Shown here piece after piece: positions 60,686 to 64,000 of a stretch of 64,000 bases of DNA. The notes beneath the pieces were generated by a model, which searched no databases, was not told the DNA's origin, and saw only the letters and a program-made list of their open reading frames with translations. This DNA is from Candidatus Binatia bacterium (GTDB lineage Bacteria > Desulfobacterota > Binatia > HRBIN30). The position numbers and the translations under genes were made by a program. The stretch spans positions 64,001 through 128,000 of the forward strand of contig JBBRSP010000009.1 in assembly GCA_038245295.1 (NCBI GenBank). Direction: 5' to 3'. Numbering within the stretch: the stretch's first letter is position 1; each line of letters starts with the position of its first letter.

Positions 60686-60725
60686 GGTGCATACTCAGTC
60701 TGGTAGGCGCAGGCTTCAGCCTGCG
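60650..60725. repeat. Inverted pair of GTAG-family REPs
   Basis: CGCAGTCTAAAGCCTGCGCCTAC (60650-60672, reverse) and GTAGGCGCAGGCTTCAGCCTGCG (60703-60725). Confidence 0.85.
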
Positions 60726-60907
60726 GCGCGTGAGCCAAATGCTTCCGAACAGCCGCGAAATACGTCGCCGACTTATCAGGTAAAACTCCGAGAAGCGGTT
60801 GACGGGTCGTTGGCGCACGCCTTACTACGGGTGCCATTCTTCTCTCCAGCTTGCGAGTCCCGAGGTAGCCGAATAAGAGATGAGAAGGATCTGATGGAGC
60901 GCAAAAG

Positions 60908-61480
60908 ATGACTGCAATTGAATCGCTGTCGTGGTGGTCGCTGGCACTCTCTGCCGGAGCCGGCGTGGCGTTATGGTCGTTCGCCGAGTACGTGCTGCAT
61001 CGCTTCCTCGGCCATGATCGGCGCACCTGGCCCAATCCGTTCGCGACGGAGCACACCCGTCACCACAGCGAAGGCGATTACTTCGCCCCGAGCTGGAAGA
61101 AAGCGCTGGTGGCGCTCGTCGCCGTTCCGCTCGTTGCCTCGCTTGCCTCGCTTCTCGTCGGCATCACGCTCGGCAGCGTCTTCGGCGTCTCGTTCGTCGC
61201 CATGTACCTTGTGTACGAATGGGTGCATCACCGTGCTCATACGCACCGCGGCATCGGCGCCTATGGGCGCTACCTGCGACGCCATCATTTTCATCACCAC
61301 TTTGGCAACCCGTACTCCAATCACGGCGTGACCAGCCCGCTGTGGGACCTTGTGTTCGGCACCTTCGAAGCCCCAGGGCGCATTCGCGTGCCCTACAAGC
61401 TGCGTATGCAGTGGCTGATCGATCCGAGCACCGGCGACGTCTTCGCCGACCTTGTGACGCACTACGAGTTGCGTCGTTAG
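60908..61480 (+). CDS. Fatty acid hydroxylase / sterol desaturase family protein
   Basis: EYVLHRFLGH, HTRHH, YEWVHHRAH, HHFHHH, NHGVTSPLWD. Confidence 0.93.
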   Translation: MTAIESLSWWSLALSAGAGVALWSFAEYVLHRFLGHDRRTWPNPFATEHTRHHSEGDYFAPSWKKALVALVAVPLVASLASLLVGITLGSVFGVSFVAMYLVYEWVHHRAHTHRGIGAYGRYLRRHHFHHHFGNPYSNHGVTSPLWDLVFGTFEAPGRIRVPYKLRMQWLIDPSTGDVFADLVTHYELRR

Positions 61481-61578
61481 GCCGGTGGCAGCGCTGAGTG
61501 CCGAGACGCTGACGTCGATCCAGTCGCTTGGGAAAACGAGTCTGTCCTCTTTTCTTCCCACAGTGATAAGACCGATTT

Positions 61579-62409
61579 ATGGCGTGGTTTGATGACTTCA
61601 AAGGCCAGACGGTTTTGGTGACCGGTGCGTCGAGTGGGATTGGCCGCGAAACGGCCTTGGCATTTGGTGCGGCGGGGGCGCGGGTCGCCTTGGTGGCGCG
61701 ACGACGCCAGGCTCTCGAAGACGTCGCGCGGGAGATCACTGGCAAGGGCGGCGAGGCCTTGGTGGTGCCGGCCGATGTGACCAAACCTACCGCGGTGGCG
61801 GCTTGTCTGCGCACCGTGCACCGGCACTTCCACCGTATCGACATCGTCGTCAACAACGCCGGCGTGCTCATTCCCTCGCTGGTCGTGGATCTTAAAGCGG
61901 CCGACCTAAAGGCCATGTTGCAGGTCAACCTCTTCGGTGCCCTTGCGGTGATGCAGGAATCCGTCCGCATCATGCGCAAGCAAGACAGCGGCTGCATCAT
62001 CAACGTTGCGTCGTTGGCCGGACGCCGCGGTGTCACACCGCTTGGCGGCTATTGCGCGAGCAAGTTTGCATTGGTTGGACTCACCGAGGCGTTACGCACC
62101 GAGCTGCACGACAGCAAAATCCACGTTGCCTTGGTGATGCCGGGTGTCATCGATACGCCGATGGCACACAATATGGAGAACGACGAATCCTTCGCCGCCA
62201 CTTGGCCGGCAGCACTCGACATGCCGCCCTCCTGGGTGGTCTGGGCAATCTTCGCGGCGGTCCGCTTCCGCCTAGTGGAGATTTCGGTTCCGCCGGGCGC
62301 CGCGACGCTGGAGAAGCTTGCCGCACTCGCACCCGGTGTTGCGGACTCTCTCATTCACTGGAGCACTCAAGCGTCGCACTGGCTGAGTGGACTGCTGCAA
62401 CCCCGGTAG
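61579..62409 (+). CDS. SDR family oxidoreductase
   Basis: TGASSGIG, NNAG, YCASK. Confidence 0.95.
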   Translation: MAWFDDFKGQTVLVTGASSGIGRETALAFGAAGARVALVARRRQALEDVAREITGKGGEALVVPADVTKPTAVAACLRTVHRHFHRIDIVVNNAGVLIPSLVVDLKAADLKAMLQVNLFGALAVMQESVRIMRKQDSGCIINVASLAGRRGVTPLGGYCASKFALVGLTEALRTELHDSKIHVALVMPGVIDTPMAHNMENDESFAATWPAALDMPPSWVVWAIFAAVRFRLVEISVPPGAATLEKLAALAPGVADSLIHWSTQASHWLSGLLQPR

Positions 62410-62422
62410 GGCAGCGTCCGTC

Positions 62423-62457
62423 CCGGGACCTGTTGAACGCCGTTCAACAGGTCCCGG
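62423..62457. repeat. 35-bp near-perfect palindrome (17-bp arms, 1-nt centre)
   Basis: CCGGGACCTGTTGAACG-C-CGTTCAACAGGTCCCGG. Confidence 0.85.
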
Positions 62458-62628
62458 CCCTCGCCCGGACGACGCATGTGCTGTCCCCTCTCCCAGCTTG
62501 GAAGTTGGTCAGGGTCGGACCAACCGACGTGGTTGAGTTTGCAGAGGAAGCATAACATTTCTGCCCCATTTTGAAGCTTAGACGCAGGTTTTCGACGGCC
62601 AGAATGCGCTTCTAAGGAATGCGACCAA

Positions 62629-63090
62629 ATGCCGCGAGCCAACCGCCATCACCTCCCGGGGTATATCTGGCATCTCACACACCGCGGTCATGATCGGCGG
62701 TTCCAATTGCGCTTCGCGCGCGATCGGCGTGCCTGGGTAGGTTGGCTTTACGAAGCGCGGCGGCGTTACGGGCTGTGCGGGCTCGACTACAACGTGACCT
62801 CAAACCATGTTCACCTGCTCGTGCACGATCAGGGACACTTCGAGATCGCCGCGAGTATGCAGCTGATTGCCGGCCCGACGGGCCAGCGCTTCAAGAAGTA
62901 TCGGACGATGTGCGAAAGCTCGAATCATGCACCGCCGACCCTATACGGCATCGCCGCAGTGCGTGTGTGTCATGTGTCGATGGTGCGCGGCGAGACTGTG
63001 GCGGTCGGCGAAGGCGGCGCGTGCTCGCGAGAGTTCCACAGGCGGCCCAATCCTGACACGGCGCTAAGCATCGAGATGGGGCCGTTTTGA
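62629..63090 (+). mobile_element. Degenerate Y1/HUH (IS200-like or RAYT-type) transposase, internally deleted
   Basis: MPRANR..PG.IWHLTHRG, TSNHVHLLV (HUH). Similarity stops near 62900 and the catalytic-Tyr block is missing. Confidence 0.82.
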
Positions 63091-63182
63091 CGCCCACTTT
63101 CAAAGATTACGAGAGGTTGCGTTGTCCGACCAACCCCCCTCCGAGTTGGACCGCCTGGCCGACGTGCGCGGCAAACGGCTAC

Positions 63183-63611
63183 TCAGGTGCCGCCGACGAT
63201 CGACGCCGTGCTGATCAGCTCCTCGAGGAGCGCGAGGGCCGATCGGCCGGAGATCGCGAACGGGTCGAACCGCGGCTTCTCGGAGTACTTGAGCACAAGC
63301 CCGGGGTTCAACTTCTCGAGGTCGACGCGACCCATGCGCCATCCCGAGAACCGACGCTCCTGGATCTCCGCGTAGTCGAGCAGAGTGACGTTAGAGTGGC
63401 GGGAGTCTCCCAGCAGTCTGCCGTAGAGCTGGTTGACCTCCTCGCGCCCTCCCTCGAGCACCTGCAAGAAGACATCAGCGTGACAGACGCACAGGACTCC
63501 CGTGATACCGATGTCGTGGTTGTGCTTGCGCGATTGCTCGAGAATGCTCGTGAGCATCTCGTTCTTGATCGGCCCGGTAGAACGGCTGGCGTAGACGAGG
63601 CGAACGAGCAT
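63183..63611 (-). CDS. Stand-alone BLUF blue-light photoreceptor
   Basis: RLVYAS, SRKHN, ITGVL, FLQVLEG, DSRH, RRFSGWRM. Confidence 0.95.
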   Translation of the reverse strand: MLVRLVYASRSTGPIKNEMLTSILEQSRKHNHDIGITGVLCVCHADVFLQVLEGGREEVNQLYGRLLGDSRHSNVTLLDYAEIQERRFSGWRMGRVDLEKLNPGLVLKYSEKPRFDPFAISGRSALALLEELISTASIVGGT

Positions 63612-63616
63612 GTGAT

Positions 63617-64000
63617 CTATCCTTGAGAACTGTCGCGCCTGTCGAGAAGCGCGAGGAATTCTAGGCGCAAGTTGGGATTCTTCAGAAAGCTGCCACGCAT
63701 CACGCTGTTGACCATCTTGGAGTCCATGTCCTTGACCCCTCGCCACTGCATACAGTAGTGGTCGGCCTTCATCACGATCGCCAGCCCGTCGGGGTGCATC
63801 TTTTCCTGCAGGAGATCTGCCAGTTGGATGACGGCCTCCTCCTGGATCTGCGGACGGGCCACGACCCACTCGATCAATCGCGCGTACTTGGAAAGCCCGA
63901 TGAGCGCGGAGTGCTCGTTGGGCATGACGCCAACCCAGACCTTCCCGATGATCGGGCACAGGTGGTGCGAGCACGCGCTGCGCAAGGTGACCGGCCCGAC
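63617..64000 (-). CDS. folE: GTP cyclohydrolase I (partial, 5' end outside the window)
   Basis: RSACSHHL, IGLSKYARL, RPQIQE, HYCMQWRGV. Confidence 0.95.
   Translation of the reverse strand, partial: VGPVTLRSACSHHLCPIIGKVWVGVMPNEHSALIGLSKYARLIEWVVARPQIQEEAVIQLADLLQEKMHPDGLAIVMKADHYCMQWRGVKDMDSKMVNSVMRGSFLKNPNLRLEFLALLDRRDSSQG

Overview
GC-rich bacterial chromosome window. The gene content suggests a Deltaproteobacteria-related lineage such as Candidatus Binatia (inference, not a database result). Core genes are the ffh-rpsP-khpA-rimM-trmD-SPOUT-rplS operon, smpB, pabB/pabC-like genes, fbaB, sdhCAB, partial folE and tRNA-Thr(UGU). They are mixed with catabolic enzymes (P450, sulfatase, OYE, GST, SDRs, enoyl-CoA hydratase), signalling proteins (adenylate cyclase-AAA-TPR, orphan histidine kinase, BLUF) and five large secreted proteins with Pro/Thr linkers. 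Highlights: (1) two dispersed paralogs of an unassigned ~110-125 aa family, each behind a sigma54-type motif and each ending in -RAA; (2) a candidate non-cellulosomal cohesin/dockerin surface system, an FG-GAP/Cys-repeat protein with a MYXO-CTERM-like tail, and a lysyl-oxidase-like domain lacking its copper histidines; (3) repeated gene decay by internal deletion that keeps both gene ends (two SDRs, an ECF sigma/anti-sigma pair, a toxin collapsed to 15 codons, a Y1 transposase); (4) several intergenic repeat families. No CRISPR array, rRNA or prophage was seen. All product calls come from motifs read by eye.
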